A stretch of DNA of 64,000 nucleotides from Octopus vulgaris (GCA_951406725.2 OX597815.1:9486001-9550000), one strand, 5' to 3'. Counted from the stretch's first letter, positions 1 to 12,997 are shown. Numbers and translations are program-made. The notes: generated by a model not told the origin, from the letters alone.

Positions 1-263
1 TTAAATAAATAGGATAATCAGGCGATAATGAAGATGCATTTTCTTTTGTTTGTTTTGCTTTCCGAGTATGTGTCTGCATCTTCGTATGTATCTATGATTG
101 TATGGTGTAGAATGTATGTGTAGAAGTGGACTCCGCAATGTATGCGAAGCGAAACAGTGTACATATATGTGAAATAGTGTACGTCAGTGTATGCGCACTT
201 AAAATTCATTCATACATACAAGCACACACTCACACACACACATACATACATACACACGTACAC

Positions 264-316
<53 letters not shown>

Positions 317-317
<1 letters not shown>

Positions 318-915
318 TCTTTACTCTCTTTTACTCCTTTACTTGTTTCAGTCATTTGACTGCGGCCATGCTGGAGCACCGCCTTTTAGTCGAGCAACTC
401 GACCCCGGGACTTATTCTTTTTGTAAGCCCGGTACTTATTCTATCGGTCTCTTTTTGCCGAACCGCTAAGTGACGGGAACATAAAAACACACCAGCATCG
501 GTTGTCAAGCAATGCGAGGGGAACAAACGCAGACACACAAACACACATACACATATATATATACATATATATACATATATACGACAGGCTTCTTTCAGTT
601 TCCGTCTACCAAATCCACTCACAAGGTATTGGTCGGCCCGGGGCTATAGCAGAAGACACTTGCCCAAGATGCCACGCAGTGGGACTGAACCCAGAACCAT
701 GTGATTGGTAAGCAAGCTACTTACCACACAGCCACTCCTATGTGTATATACGACGGGCTTCTTTCAGTTTCCGTCTACCAAATCCACTCACAAGGCATTG
801 GTCGGCCCGGGGCTATAGCAGAAGACACTTGCCCAAGATGCCACGCAGTGGGACTGAACCCAGAACCATGTGGTTGGTTAGCAAGCTACTTACCACACAG
901 CCACTCCTGCGCCTA
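317..915 (-). mobile_element. tRNA-derived SINE family A with duplicated head
   Basis: Minus strand A box tggctgtgtggt, B box ggttcagtccc, internal (TA)/(TG) tract, (aaaagagt)n tail. Confidence 0.88.
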
Positions 916-1698
916 TATATATGCATATATGTGTGTGTATATGTCTGTATGTAGGCTACCCATAACGAAAGTATTAAGACGTTTATTTTCGTAAAACTGA
1001 CAGGCTTAGGGGATAAATGGCGCGCACACGTCTGCGTTTATGCGCATTTGTGTCTGTGTGTGGATGTTTGTGTGCATTTGTGTCCATGCACGGTGCCTTT
1101 GTGTATGTATGTAGGTGTTTGATGTTCATCAGTAAGAACGGGCGATCATTATCCATCAATCAATCTTATCGATCTAGCGATCAAATGTCATTCATGCGAT
1201 GATCTATATTTATATATGCTGCGCTCTCGTTTGCGCTAATTTCGAAGCATACTTCTATTCAGTCTTTAACCTGTATTTTGTGACATTGACTTTTTTTTGT
1301 CCCCTTTCATAGAATGGAAATCAAACAACTAGAGGAGTCAATACAAGAATATCAGCGCAATAATGGTAGAATTTGTTATCAATAGAACGATTTGAACCTA
1401 CGTGAGAAAACCAATGATATCAGTTCTAAATTGTATTAATCTCGTATTTGTTGCCATGATCGCCATACTAATGAAAGCTGAACTGATCTACATCGACGGT
1501 TTTTATTAATTTATCTTTTATTTTTTGCTTTGTTAAATTTTTTTTTCCAATTTTCTGCCTCCATTAGCCTATTTATCAGGATTGTGATTCCAATCTTGCT
1601 GACTGCGCACATCACAAGGTTTCAACGATCTCTAGCAAATTCCGACGGATATTATGTCTGTGTGCGTTTACGAATATATACATGTGTGTGTGTGTATA

Positions 1699-1737
<39 letters not shown>

Positions 1738-1743
<6 letters not shown>

Positions 1744-2007
1744 TGTTGTGTCTGGGGAGAGTCATTTTGTTTTTGTGCCTTATAATCTAACACACACACC
1801 GGTAAAATTTCCACTTTATTTCTTATTGAAAAGACGCAACGAAAATTTTAGGAAATTAAAAAAATAAAAATAAGAAAAAAGTGGAAATTTTACCGGTGTG
1901 TGTGTTACATTATAAGGCACAAAAAGAAATTGACTGTCCTCAGACACAACAGAATATGTTTCAACACGAACTCATATAAAGAATCTTGCAAAGCAAATCC
2001 CAAAACG

Positions 2008-2010
<3 letters not shown>
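1738..2010. mobile_element. Foldback repeat in (TA)n; family relatives at 4990-5217, ~18570-18680, ~50300-50830
   Basis: Inverted arms ~1738-1826 / ~1867-1957; same sequence at 5070-5217. Confidence 0.65.
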
Positions 2011-2097
<87 letters not shown>

Positions 2098-2674
2098 ATG
2101 CAATAGTATATATACTGTATAAACGTGTATATGTACATATACATACATACATACATACATACATACATACATACATACATACATACATACATACATACAC
2201 ACACACATAGAAGCATACGTTATATCTATATATAAAAACAATTTAGCATTAAACTAAAACTTTACTCCTATCTGTCATGTAGAGTGCATATTTATTAACT
2301 TTTACTAAGGAAAATGTTGACAGTAACATTTTCGGTTTGTTCGTCTTCATCATTTGCTAACCAATCTAATTTTAAAGTCGCTCTCGGTTCCCGAAATAAA
2401 ACTATTTTCAATTTTTATCTTTTAGTAACTTGAAAATTGTAGTTTTATCTACTTTTAAGTATTTGTAGAAACATTGGTATTTCCATTTACTTGAGAAACA
2501 TTTCTTGTAGTTGGTCTGCTTTCCTAAGCAGTGGGGCGGGTGGCATCAGATATTTCTCAATGTTAAGTTTATACCAAGAGTAAATTAGTACGCTATGTTG
2601 AAAATGTCGATTATTTTTTCAGAGCTGCCATTACAACTTCACATCATCCATCCATCCATCCATCCATCTATCTA

Positions 2675-2755
<81 letters not shown>

Positions 2756-2844
2756 ATATATATATATATGTGTGTGTGTGTGTATACCTATCTGTTTATC
2801 TATCTATCTATCTATCTATCAATCTATCTATCCATCTATCTATC

Positions 2845-2885
<41 letters not shown>

Positions 2886-2911
2886 ATATATATATATATA
2901 TACATATAAAA

Positions 2912-4902
2912 TTATAAAATTATAAATGAGGGTGAAAAATCGATATTAATTTAATAATACCGTCAATTTAACACCAAGTGGCTTAGCACAAAAAACTACG
3001 GAGGAAATACAAATTTATACATAAATTATTAGAGTTATCCACTATGTGGATAACTCTAGTGCTAAAAATAGCTCCGAAGCAACCACAGAAGATCCGTTTC
3101 CAACTAGAATCAACACACATTTAACTGAAGGAAAGTGAAATACAACGAATAAAATAGATTGACTCTATACAATTGTTTCATTACTAATGCAATATGTAGT
3201 TTTACTTACACTTGCATCTATAAATCTTCGGTAGAGTTTGTCAGAAATGCAATTAATTAGATCGATTCGGGCGTCAAAAACACGAGCGGTCCAACCAATT
3301 ACATTTTTAGTTATGTCTCAAATTCCGCGCCAAAAGCATGCCTAGACTCCATTGGAAACGTATGCCGCATCAAATAAAATATTGACTGCCGCGTAGTTAA
3401 ATTTATAAAATTATAAATGAGGGTGAAAAATCGATATTAATTTAATAATACCGTCAATTTAACACCAAGTGGCTTAGCACAAAAAACTACGGAGGAAATA
3501 CAAATTTATACATAAATTATTAGAGAGTTATCCACTATGTGGATAACTCTAGTGCTAAAAATAGCTCCGAAGCAACCACAGAAGATCCGTTTCCAACTAG
3601 AATCAACACACATTTAACTGAAGGAAAGTGAAATACAACGAATAAAATAGATTGACTCTATACAATTGTTTCATTACTAATGCAATATGTAGTTTTACTT
3701 ACACTTGCATCTATAAATCTTCGGTAGAGTTTGTCAGAAATGCAATTAATTAGATCGATTCGGGCGTCAAAAACACGAGCGGTCCAACCAATTACATTTT
3801 TAGTTATGTCTCAAATTCCGCGCCAAAAGCATGCCTAGACTCCATTGGAAACGTATGCCGCATCAAATAAAATATTGACTGCCGCGTAGTTAAATTTATA
3901 AAATTATAAATGAGGGTGAAAAATCGATATTAATTTAATAATACCGTCAATTTAACACCAAGTGGCTTAGCACAAAAAACTACGGAGGAAATACAAATTT
4001 ATACATAAATTATTAGAGAGTTATCCACTATGTGGATAACTCTAGTGCTAAAAATAGCTCCGAAGCAACCACAGAAGATCCGTTTCCAACTAGAATCAAC
4101 ACACATTTAACTGAAGGAAAGTGAAATACAACGAATAAAATAGATTGACTCTATACAATTGTTTCATTACTAATGCAATATGTAGTTTTACTTACACTTG
4201 CAACTCTACCGAAGATTTATAGATGCAAGTGTAAGTAAAACTACATATTGCATTAGTAATGAAACAATTGTATAGAGTCAATCTATTTTATTCGTTCACT
4301 TTCCTTCAGTTAAATGTGTGTTGATTCTAGTTGGAAACGGATCTTCTGTGGTTGCTTCGGGGCTATTTTAGCACTAGAGTTATCCACATAGTGGATAACT
4401 CTCTAATAATTTATGTATAAATTTGTATTTCCTCCGTAGTTTTTTGTGCTAAGCCACTTGGTGTTAAATTGACGGTATTATTAAATTAATATCGATTTTT
4501 CACCCTCATTTATAATTTTATAAATTTAACTACGCGGCAGTCAATATTTTATTTGATGCGGCATACGTTTCCAATGGAGTCTAGGCATGCTTTTGGCGCG
4601 GAATTTAAGACATAACTAAAATGTAATTGGTTGGACCGCTCGTGTTTTTGACGCCCGAATCGATCTAATTAATTGCATTTCTGACAAACTCTACCGAAGA
4701 TTTATAGATGCAAGTGTAAGTAAAACTACATATTGCATTAGTAATGAAACAATTGTATAGAGTCAATCTATTTTATTCGTTGTATTTCACTTTCCTTCAG
4801 TTAAATGTGTGTTGATTCTAGTTGGAAACGGATCTTCTGTGGTTGCTTCGGAGCTATTTTAGCACTAGAGTTATCCACATAGTGGATAACTCTCTAATAA
4901 TT

Positions 4903-4904
<2 letters not shown>
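2912..4904. mobile_element. Tandem plus inverted array of a ~492-bp non-coding unit with a hammerhead-like motif (Penelope pLTR/retrozyme-like)
   Basis: Near-identical units with periods of 491 and 493 bp (2912-4202), inversion at ~4203, then inverted units to ~4904; flanked by (TA)n on both sides. Confidence 0.8.
4203..4278 (+). ncRNA. Putative type I hammerhead ribozyme (copies: 4688-4763 +, 3162-3237 -, 3655-3730 -)
   Basis: actcta-CCGAAGA-[helix II with atgcaa/ttgcat]-GAAA-caattg-TA-tagagt: perfect 6-bp helix I, palindromic helix III, core variant CCGAAGA instead of CUGANGA. Confidence 0.7.
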
Positions 4905-4955
<51 letters not shown>

Positions 4956-4989
4956 ATACCTATCTGTTTATCTATCTATCTATCTATCT

Positions 4990-5217
4990 ATTTCGTTTCG
5001 TCTTGCAATCTTTTCAATAGTCTTGCAGACTATTGAAAAGATTGCAAGATGCAACGAAAATATTAGGAAAATAAAAATAAGAAATAGGTGAAAATTTTAC
5101 CGGTGAGTGTGTTACATTATAAGGCACAAAAAGAAAATGACTCTCCCCAGACACAACAAAATATGCTTCAACACACGAACTCATATAAAGAATCTTGCAA
5201 ACCAAATCCAAAAACGT
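4990..5217 (+). mobile_element. Same family with short foldback and hammerhead-like motif
   Basis: Hairpin 4991-5058; TTGAAAA-gattgca aga tgcaac-GAAA-atat-TA at ~5033-5065. Confidence 0.5.
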
Positions 5218-5401
5218 ACATGCGCCTATATGTATATATCCATCAACCCTCACTTGAAACATACACATGTTCACCCACACATTCGCCAAAAAATATATAC
5301 ATACCCGTATACACGCTCGCACACACACCCACGCACACGAAAAAGGTTTATGTACACAGGGTGGACTATAATAACTGTTATAAATTTTTTTTATTATTCA
5401 T

Positions 5402-5448
5402 AGTCTGATATAATATTTCGGAATATAAAAATTCCTTCTTCAGGTATT
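5402..5448 (-). ncRNA. Hammerhead core motif, helix I not evident
   Basis: Minus strand CTGAAGA-aggaattttatattcc-GAAA-tattata-TC; canonical boxes, helix II ggaa/ttcc; next to a SINE. Confidence 0.45.
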
Positions 5449-5789
5449 GTTTAGCCCCAGAAGGGGCTAAACATTAGAGGGGACAAACAAAGACAGACAA
5501 ACGGATTAAGTCGATTACATCGACTCCAGTGCGTAACTGGTACTTTATTTATAGACCCCGAAAGGATGAAAGGCAAAGTCGACCTCAGCGGAATTTGAAC
5601 TCAGAACGTAACGGCAGACGAAATACGGCTACGCATTTCACCCGGCGTGCTAACGTTTCTGCCTGCTCGCCGCCTTATTTTCTAAGATTTCATAAAAATA
5701 TAGTCGACAACAACAGTAAAGAATTTCATCTTAAATTTCAGAAATGTCTTCTTTATTTTTACTCTTCCACTCACGGACTGAATGTATAG

Positions 5790-6224
5790 TATACGAATAA
5801 CTGAAATTATTACACACATGTGAGTGAGAACACTTTGAGATATTTTTGGTATCTAACATATGTCAGATACTGCGAGCGCTGCTTCTGATTGGTCAATCCA
5901 TGGTGATGACCCGAGGTCACGGTGACGGCGCTGCTTCTGATTGGTCAATCCATGGTGATGACCCGAGGTCACGGTGACGGCACTACTTTTGTCATTCATA
6001 AGTTACAACTAAACGTGAAGAATTTAGTTATTGGGTTAATAAAATATGGTCGTTTATTCGTGTGTAATAAATAAAATACCAAACTCATTCCCTATGGATA
6101 CCGTATTTATTACAATTCGTGGCTTGTAAACGGATCTAACCCGCTTTCGCTCGTTAGATACGTTTACAAGCCACTCGTTGTAATAAATACGGTATCCATA
6201 GGGAACTCGTTTGGTATTCTCTCT
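5790..6224. mobile_element. Putative non-autonomous DNA element with 52-bp tandem duplication and terminal ~65-bp-arm hairpin
   Basis: Duplication 5876-5927 / 5928-5979 containing ATTGG; arms 6075-6140 / 6153-6218, loop ccgctttcgctc. Confidence 0.5.
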
Positions 6225-6526
6225 ATCCTAACTTTCCAGACGATCAAGCACAAAAGCAAGTCCATAATTTGCATAGGAGTTGTATACTTCAAAGCAGTTG
6301 ACCCTAAAGGTTCTGTTTTTTTCATTGACTTAATTTGTTGAATGGCCGTAGAGTAATTTCATTTTCATTTCCAAACAACCATATCAGGGTTGTATTGATT
6401 ATTGTGCTTGCATTGATTGGATGTTTCGATGGGAACATTCAACCAATATGTTTTCTTAGTCGATAATTATGAATATCGATAAAGATATGCGACGGGTCTT
6501 TTCGTTCAGCAGGTATTTTGTAGCTA

Positions 6527-7496
6527 GGCGGTGAGCTGGCAGAATCGTTAGCACGCCGGGCGAAATGCTTAGCGGTATTTCGTCTGCCGTTACGTTCTGA
6601 GTTCAAATTCCGCCGAGGTCGACTTTGCCTTTCATCCTTTCGGGGTCGATAAATTAAGTACCAGTTACGCACTGGGGTCGATGTAATCGAATTAATACCT
6701 ATGTCTGTCCTTGTTTGTCCCCTCTGTGTTTAGCCCCTTGTGGGTAATAAAGAAATAGGTATTTCGTCTGTCGTTACGTTCTGAGTTCAAATTCCGCCGA
6801 GGTCGACTTTGCCTTTCATCCTTTCGGGATCGATAAATTAAGTACCAGTTACGCACTGGGGTGGATGTAATCGACTTAATACCTATGTCTGTCCTTGTTT
6901 GTCCCCTCTGTGTTTAGCCCCTTGTGGGTAATAAAGAAATAGGTATTTCGTCTGTCGTTACGTTCTGAGTTCAAATTCCGCCGAGGTCGACTTTGCCTTT
7001 CATCCTTTCGGGATCGATAAATTAAGTACCAGTTACGCACTGGGGTCGATGTAATCGACTTAATACCTATGTCTGTCCTTGTTTGTCCCCTCTGTGTTTA
7101 GCCCCTTGTGGGTAATAAAGAAATAGGTATTTCGTCTGCGTTACGTTCTGAGTTCAAATTCCGCCGAGGTCGACTTTGCCTTTCATCCTTTCGGGATCGA
7201 TAAATTAAGTACCAGTTACGCACTGGGGTGGATGTAATCGACTTAATACCTATGTCTGTCCTTGTTTGTCCCCTCTGTGTTTAGCCCCTTGTGGGTAATA
7301 AAGAAATAGGTATTTCGTCTGTCGTTACGTTCTGAGTTCAAATTCCGCCGAGGTCGACTTTGCCTTTCATCCTTTCGGGGTCGATAAATTAAGTACCAGT
7401 TACGCACTGGGGTCGATGTAATCGACTTAATACCTATGTCTGTCCTTGTTTGTCCCCTCTGTGTTTAGCCCCTTGTGGGTAATAAAGAAATAGGTA
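6527..7496 (+). mobile_element. SINE family B, one head plus 5 x 184-bp tandem body, 16-bp TSD
   Basis: Unit starts 6575, 6759, 6943, 7127, 7310; B box gagttcaaatt; aggtattttgtagcta at 6511-6526 and 7492-7507. Confidence 0.9.
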
Positions 7497-7711
7497 TTTT
7501 GTAGCTATCTTTTGTTCTTGGAGTGTAAAACATAATCATCAAAATTCTACGTAATGTAATCTCCAAGTGTTCTAGAGAAGCTATACGTTCTCTTAGTATT
7601 TGGCACCACTCTTAAGTCTATATGACAAACACATTCAAAATGATTTAGCAATTTTAGGAATCACGTTGATGTCTTTGGCAATTAAAAAATTCACTGCTGG
7701 GCTGTAATATA

Positions 7712-7921
7712 ACTCTCTTTACTCTTTTACTCTTTTACTTGTTTCAGTCATTTGACTGCGGCCATGCTGGAGCACCGCCTTTAGTCGGGGGCAAATCGAC
7801 CCCAGGACTTATTCTTTGTAAGCTCAGTACTTATTCTGTCGGTCTCTTTTGCCGAACCGCTAAGTGACGGGGACGTAAACACACCAGCATCGGTTGTCAA
7901 GCAATGCTAGGGGGACAAACA

Positions 7922-7969
<48 letters not shown>

Positions 7970-8138
7970 CATACATATATACGACGGGCTTCTTTCAGTT
8001 TCCGTCTACCAAATCCACCCACAATGCATTGGTCGGCCCGAGGCTATAATAGAAGACACTTGCCCAAGATGCCACGCAGTGGGACTGAACCCGGAACCAT
8101 GTGGTTGGTAAGCAAGCTACTTACCACACAGCCACTCC
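7712..8138 (-). mobile_element. SINE family A
   Basis: Near identical to other copies; diverged copy at 8605-8975. Confidence 0.88.
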
Positions 8139-8546
8139 GAGTTCATATATTTTAGTTTGATGTTGTTTAGCAGATGCTGTCACTGAGATACCCTGTGACA
8201 CTCAAAAGCTGCCTGGAGTAAGCTTAAACTTCTTTCCTTATCTCTCGAGATAAAAGTCTGTAAGTATCACAATTTTCAGTTGATGTTAGCACGCTACGGT
8301 TTTAGTGAAAACAGAGTGGATTTCTTCTGAAGTCTAGTCACATACTAATAATGATACTTCAAATTTATGAGCGGGTAATTAGTAGAGGCGTGAGAATGTC
8401 TGGTAAATTGCTTTGCAGTAATTGTTCTAATATTCTGCGCTCGAAATATCGTTCACCAGATAACAATGGCACTCTTCTTTTAATTTTGACTCTATATCAG
8501 CAGGAGGAGTTACCTCAATCCTCTCTATACTATTATTAATAATAGT

Positions 8547-8589
<43 letters not shown>

Positions 8590-8974
8590 ATAATAATAAT
8601 ATTTCATATTTTATTTTTTATTTGTTTCAGCCATTTGATTGCGGCTATGCTGGAGCACCGCCTTGAGGAATTTTAGTCGAACTTATCGACCCTAGTACTT
8701 ATTTTCTTTTTAAGCCTTGTACTTATTCCCACTAAGTTACAGGGGACGCAAACACCCCAACACCGGTTATCAATTCGTGGTAGTGGACAAACACAAACAC
8801 AGTCACACACACATAGTTATATTTATATATATGATGGGCTTCTTTCAGTTTCCTTCAACCAAATCAACCACATAAGGCTTTGACCGGCCCGTGATTAAAG
8901 TAGAAGAAACTTGCCCAAGTGCCACGCAGTGAGAGTGAACCCGGAACCATGTGGTTGGGAAGCAAACTTCTTAC

Positions 8975-9625
8975 CGTGCACAGGAGAATTGGAGGAGAAT
9001 TAGGAAGGTGCACGAGACAAAATTAAGTGGAGGGAGCATCATTAAAGACATAAATACATGAGCTATGCCATTATTGAGATACTCTGATTCCTTTCTGAAA
9101 TGGACAAGAATCAGAGTAAAGGAAGAAATACTGTCGGTAGCCAGAGATATCCAGAAAGTGACTGAAAGAGTAGGAGAATTCAGAGAGAAAAAAAAAAGAA
9201 CAACAGAATAAGCAAACAGAGAAATAAAGAAATAGAAGTGCATGGCCAATTCCTGCAACGAACCGAGAATGCTTGAAGTAAAGATTGGTGGCTTTGGTTG
9301 GCGACCTTAAACTTGAAGCAAGAAACAGAAACGCTAGTTATAACCACTAAGAATAAGCCCTTAGAACGAGCATGATAAAGGCAAAGATCGACAAAAGACA
9401 ATCAGGCAGCAAATGTAGAGAAGATGAAGGAAAGAAGACGAGAGTATCAATCACATATTGAGTGAGTGCAGTATACGAGCACAAAAAGAGTATAAGTGCA
9501 GGCATGAGTGTGTAGGCAAAACAGTGCCTCGGGATGTTAACCGAGTGCGTGGCTTCAAAACTACTGATGAGTGGTATGAGCACAAACCTGGGTATGTGAT
9601 ACAAAACGAGAATTACAAAATGGTG
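8975..9625 (+). mobile_element. Decayed R4/Dong-like LINE fragment
   Basis: HGQF, LKQETE, ECSIRAQKEYKCRHECVGK...WYEHKP resemble the 27-kb element. Confidence 0.65.
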
Positions 9626-10129
9626 ATTATGATGATCGATCATCATCATCATCATCATCCTCACCATCACCACCACCATCACCATCATCATCTTCATCAT
9701 CATCATCATCATCATTATCACCATCATCTTCATCATCATCATCATCATCATCTTTTCTTTATTAACAACTAAGGGATTTACAAACAGATTTGGTACGAAA
9801 CAAACACGAACACAGACTGGCTCCCTTTGAATATTCTTTCTTTAAAAACGAAATAATATTCCGAAGAGTCGCGATTGTGAGAAACAATCAACGTTCTCAA
9901 TTACAAAGTGGGGGGCACTGTTGACTCGGTCTATGTAAACCTTTCGATGACTGCGACGAGGGCAACAGGTACTTTTGTCCAAATGCAGTGACACCGACCA
10001 GCGACGACGAACGGAGAATAGGATTAAACGCCATTTTGTAATCAAGTCGAATCGTGTCACAAGGTTTTTCAGGTGGTTTCGACTGTGTGTATGCGTTCGT
10101 GCGTATGTGTGCGTGCGTGCCGTGTGTAT

Positions 10130-10339
10130 ACTCTTTTACTCTTTTACTTGTTTCAGTCATTTGACTGCGGCCATGCTGGAGCACCGCCTTTAGTCGAGCA
10201 AATCGACCCCGGGACTTATTCTTTGTAAGCCCATTATTTATTCTATCGGTCTCTTTTGCCGAACCGCTAAGTTACGGGGACGTAAACACACCAGCATCGG
10301 TTGTCAAGCAATGCTAGGGGGACAAACACAGACACACAA

Positions 10340-10372
<33 letters not shown>

Positions 10373-10545
10373 CATATATACGACGGGCTTCTTTCAGTTT
10401 CCGTCTACCAAATCCACTCACAAGGCTTTGGTCGGCCCGGGGCTATAGCAGAAGACACTTGCCCAAGATGCCACGCAGTGGGACTGAACCCGGAACCATG
10501 TGGTTGGTTAGCAAGCTACTTACCACACAGCCACTCCTGCGCCTA
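10130..10545 (-). mobile_element. SINE family A
   Basis: Full-length copy. Confidence 0.88.
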
Positions 10546-11377
10546 TGTATGTTTGCAAACCTTATGCATACAAAGGAAGAAAGCTATTACAAAGCTGCAA
10601 TAAGTCCTCCCAGTCATGGTTCTTCTGATTAGTTGGTGCTTAACTGTCAACTAGAATCTACAGCAAGAGTTCAGAGAGAGAGAGAGTAGGGAGAGAAAGA
10701 AGGAACGAAGTAGCGACAAAGAAATAAAGAATGATGTGAATACTGACCGGGGTGTGGTGGTGGTGTATAGCAGTGGGTAGTTTGACAAACAAAAAGTCCT
10801 GTCTGGACCACTGCCATTAGGTTTGACACATAGCCTACTTAAGGAAAAAATGGTGGTCGTCTGTTTCTTTCATATTGGCTATAACGTAGATTGGGTTTAT
10901 TATCTCCGAGACAGAAGTAGAACGTGGAGAGAGAGAGAGAAAGGATGAGAAAGAGAACGAAGGAGAAAAGGTGTGGAAGTAACAGTATGTTTCCTATGAC
11001 TCTCACTTTCACTCATACCTCACACTAATCCCCCCTCTCACTCTCTCTCTCTCTCAATGAGGTTCCCTCAGCGCTTCCTCTCCACCTCTTCGACATACAC
11101 GTTTCTCAACCTTCCCTTTCTATTCCATCTCTTTCTAACTCTCATATTTCCTAGGGGGTTTTTTGTTGTTTTTTTTTTTTACATTTCTTCCATCTTGTTT
11201 CCTCGTCTTAAATTCTTCACGCCTATCTCTCTTTCTCTCTTTCTCACCTTCTCTCTCTCTCTCTCTCCCTTTCTCTCTTGCTTATTTCCCTTGTCTTTAT
11301 CTTTTAACTCATTATTTCTTACCTCTCTCTTTTAGTTCTGTTCCTCTTGCCTCTCTTTTTCTCGCTTGCCTCACTCT

Positions 11378-11427
<50 letters not shown>

Positions 11428-11529
11428 TAATTTTCTCCTTTACTCTTCAAATATCTTTTATTCCTCTCCTTCTCAGTTTAACATGCGTTTTCTTTTCTCT
11501 GTCTGTCTGTCTGTCCCTCTCTCCCTCTC

Positions 11530-11582
<53 letters not shown>

Positions 11583-11604
11583 TTCTCTCTCTCTCTCCCT
11601 CTCT

Positions 11605-11653
<49 letters not shown>

Positions 11654-12015
11654 GTTCTTCGTCCCTCACTTTAACCTAACTTCATATGAAATCTCTAAGT
11701 CGTGTTCGTTTATCAAAAAGTCAACACTTCAACATTGTCTGATATGGACAGCCAGGTAGACAAACAGACAGGTGTATATTTTGCTGATAGTTGTCTTCGT
11801 ATACACATCCTAATATACACATACACACTCACATTAACAATTTCATACCCATAACACACACATATACGTGAACGCATTCAAATACGTACATGCGCACGCA
11901 TGCGCTAATACATTCACATACACACACATGTACATATATGCATTTACGATTGTATACATGCCTACATGCACAGGTACGCTCTGCCAGATGCACATGTATA
12001 AAAGACACATACCTG

Positions 12016-12997
12016 TTCCTTTATTACCCACAAGAGGCTAAACAATGAGGGGACAAACATGGACAGACAAACGGATTAAGTCGATTACATCGACCCCAGT
12101 GCGTAACTGGTACTTATTTAATCGACCCCGAAAGGATGAAAGGCAAAGTCGACCTCGGTGGAATTTGAACTCAGAACGTAACGGCAGACGAAATACCTAT
12201 TTCTTTACTACCCACATGGAGCTAAACATAGAGGGGACAAACAAGGACATACAAACGGATTAAGTCGATTATATCGACCCCAGTGCGTAACTGGTACTTA
12301 TTTAATCGACCCCGAAAGGATGAAAGGCAAAGTCGACCTCGGTGGAATTTGAACTCAGAACGTAACGGCAGACGAAATACCTGTTTCTTTACTACCCACA
12401 TGGGGCTAAACACAGAGAGGACAAACAAGGACAGACAAACGGATTATGTCGATTACATCGACCCCAGTGCGTAACTGGTACTTATTTAATCGACCCCGAA
12501 AGGATGAAAGGCAAAGTCGACCTCGGTGGAATTTGAACTCAGAACGTAACGGCAGACGAAATACCTATTTCTTTACTACCCACATGGAGCTAAACATAGA
12601 GGGGACAAACAATGACATACAAACGGATTAAGTCGATTATATCGACCCCAGTGCGTAACTGGTACTTATTTAATCGACCTCGAAAGGATGAAAGGCAAAG
12701 TCGACCTCGGTGGAATTTGAACTCAGAACGTAACGGCAGACGAAATACCTATTTCTTTACTACCCACAAGGGGCTAAACACAGAGGGGACAAACAAGGAC
12801 ATACGAACGGATTAAGTCGATTGTATCGACCCCAGTGCGTAACTGGTACTTATTTAATCGACCCCGAAAGGATGAAAGGCAAAGTCGACCTCGGTGGAAT
12901 TTGAACTCAGAACGTAACGGCAGACGAAATACCTATTTCTTTACTACCCACAAGCATTTCGCCCCGCCTGCTAACGTTTCTGCCAGCTCGCCGCCTT
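12016..12997 (-). mobile_element. SINE family B, 5-unit tandem, 16-bp TSD
   Basis: aaaagacacatacctg at 12000-12015 and 12998-13013. Confidence 0.9.

Noticed and set aside
5529-5789. Recurrent 'MRNWY..RPRKDERQSRPRRNLNSERNGRRNT' ORFs
   Set aside because: Antisense reading of SINE family B, not a gene family
6575-7496. CRISPR-like or tRNA-array interpretation of the tandem units
   Set aside because: No unique spacers, eukaryotic context, no complete cloverleaf; units are SINE bodies
9458-9772. His-rich ORF
   Set aside because: LINE remnant fused to (CAT)n microsatellite
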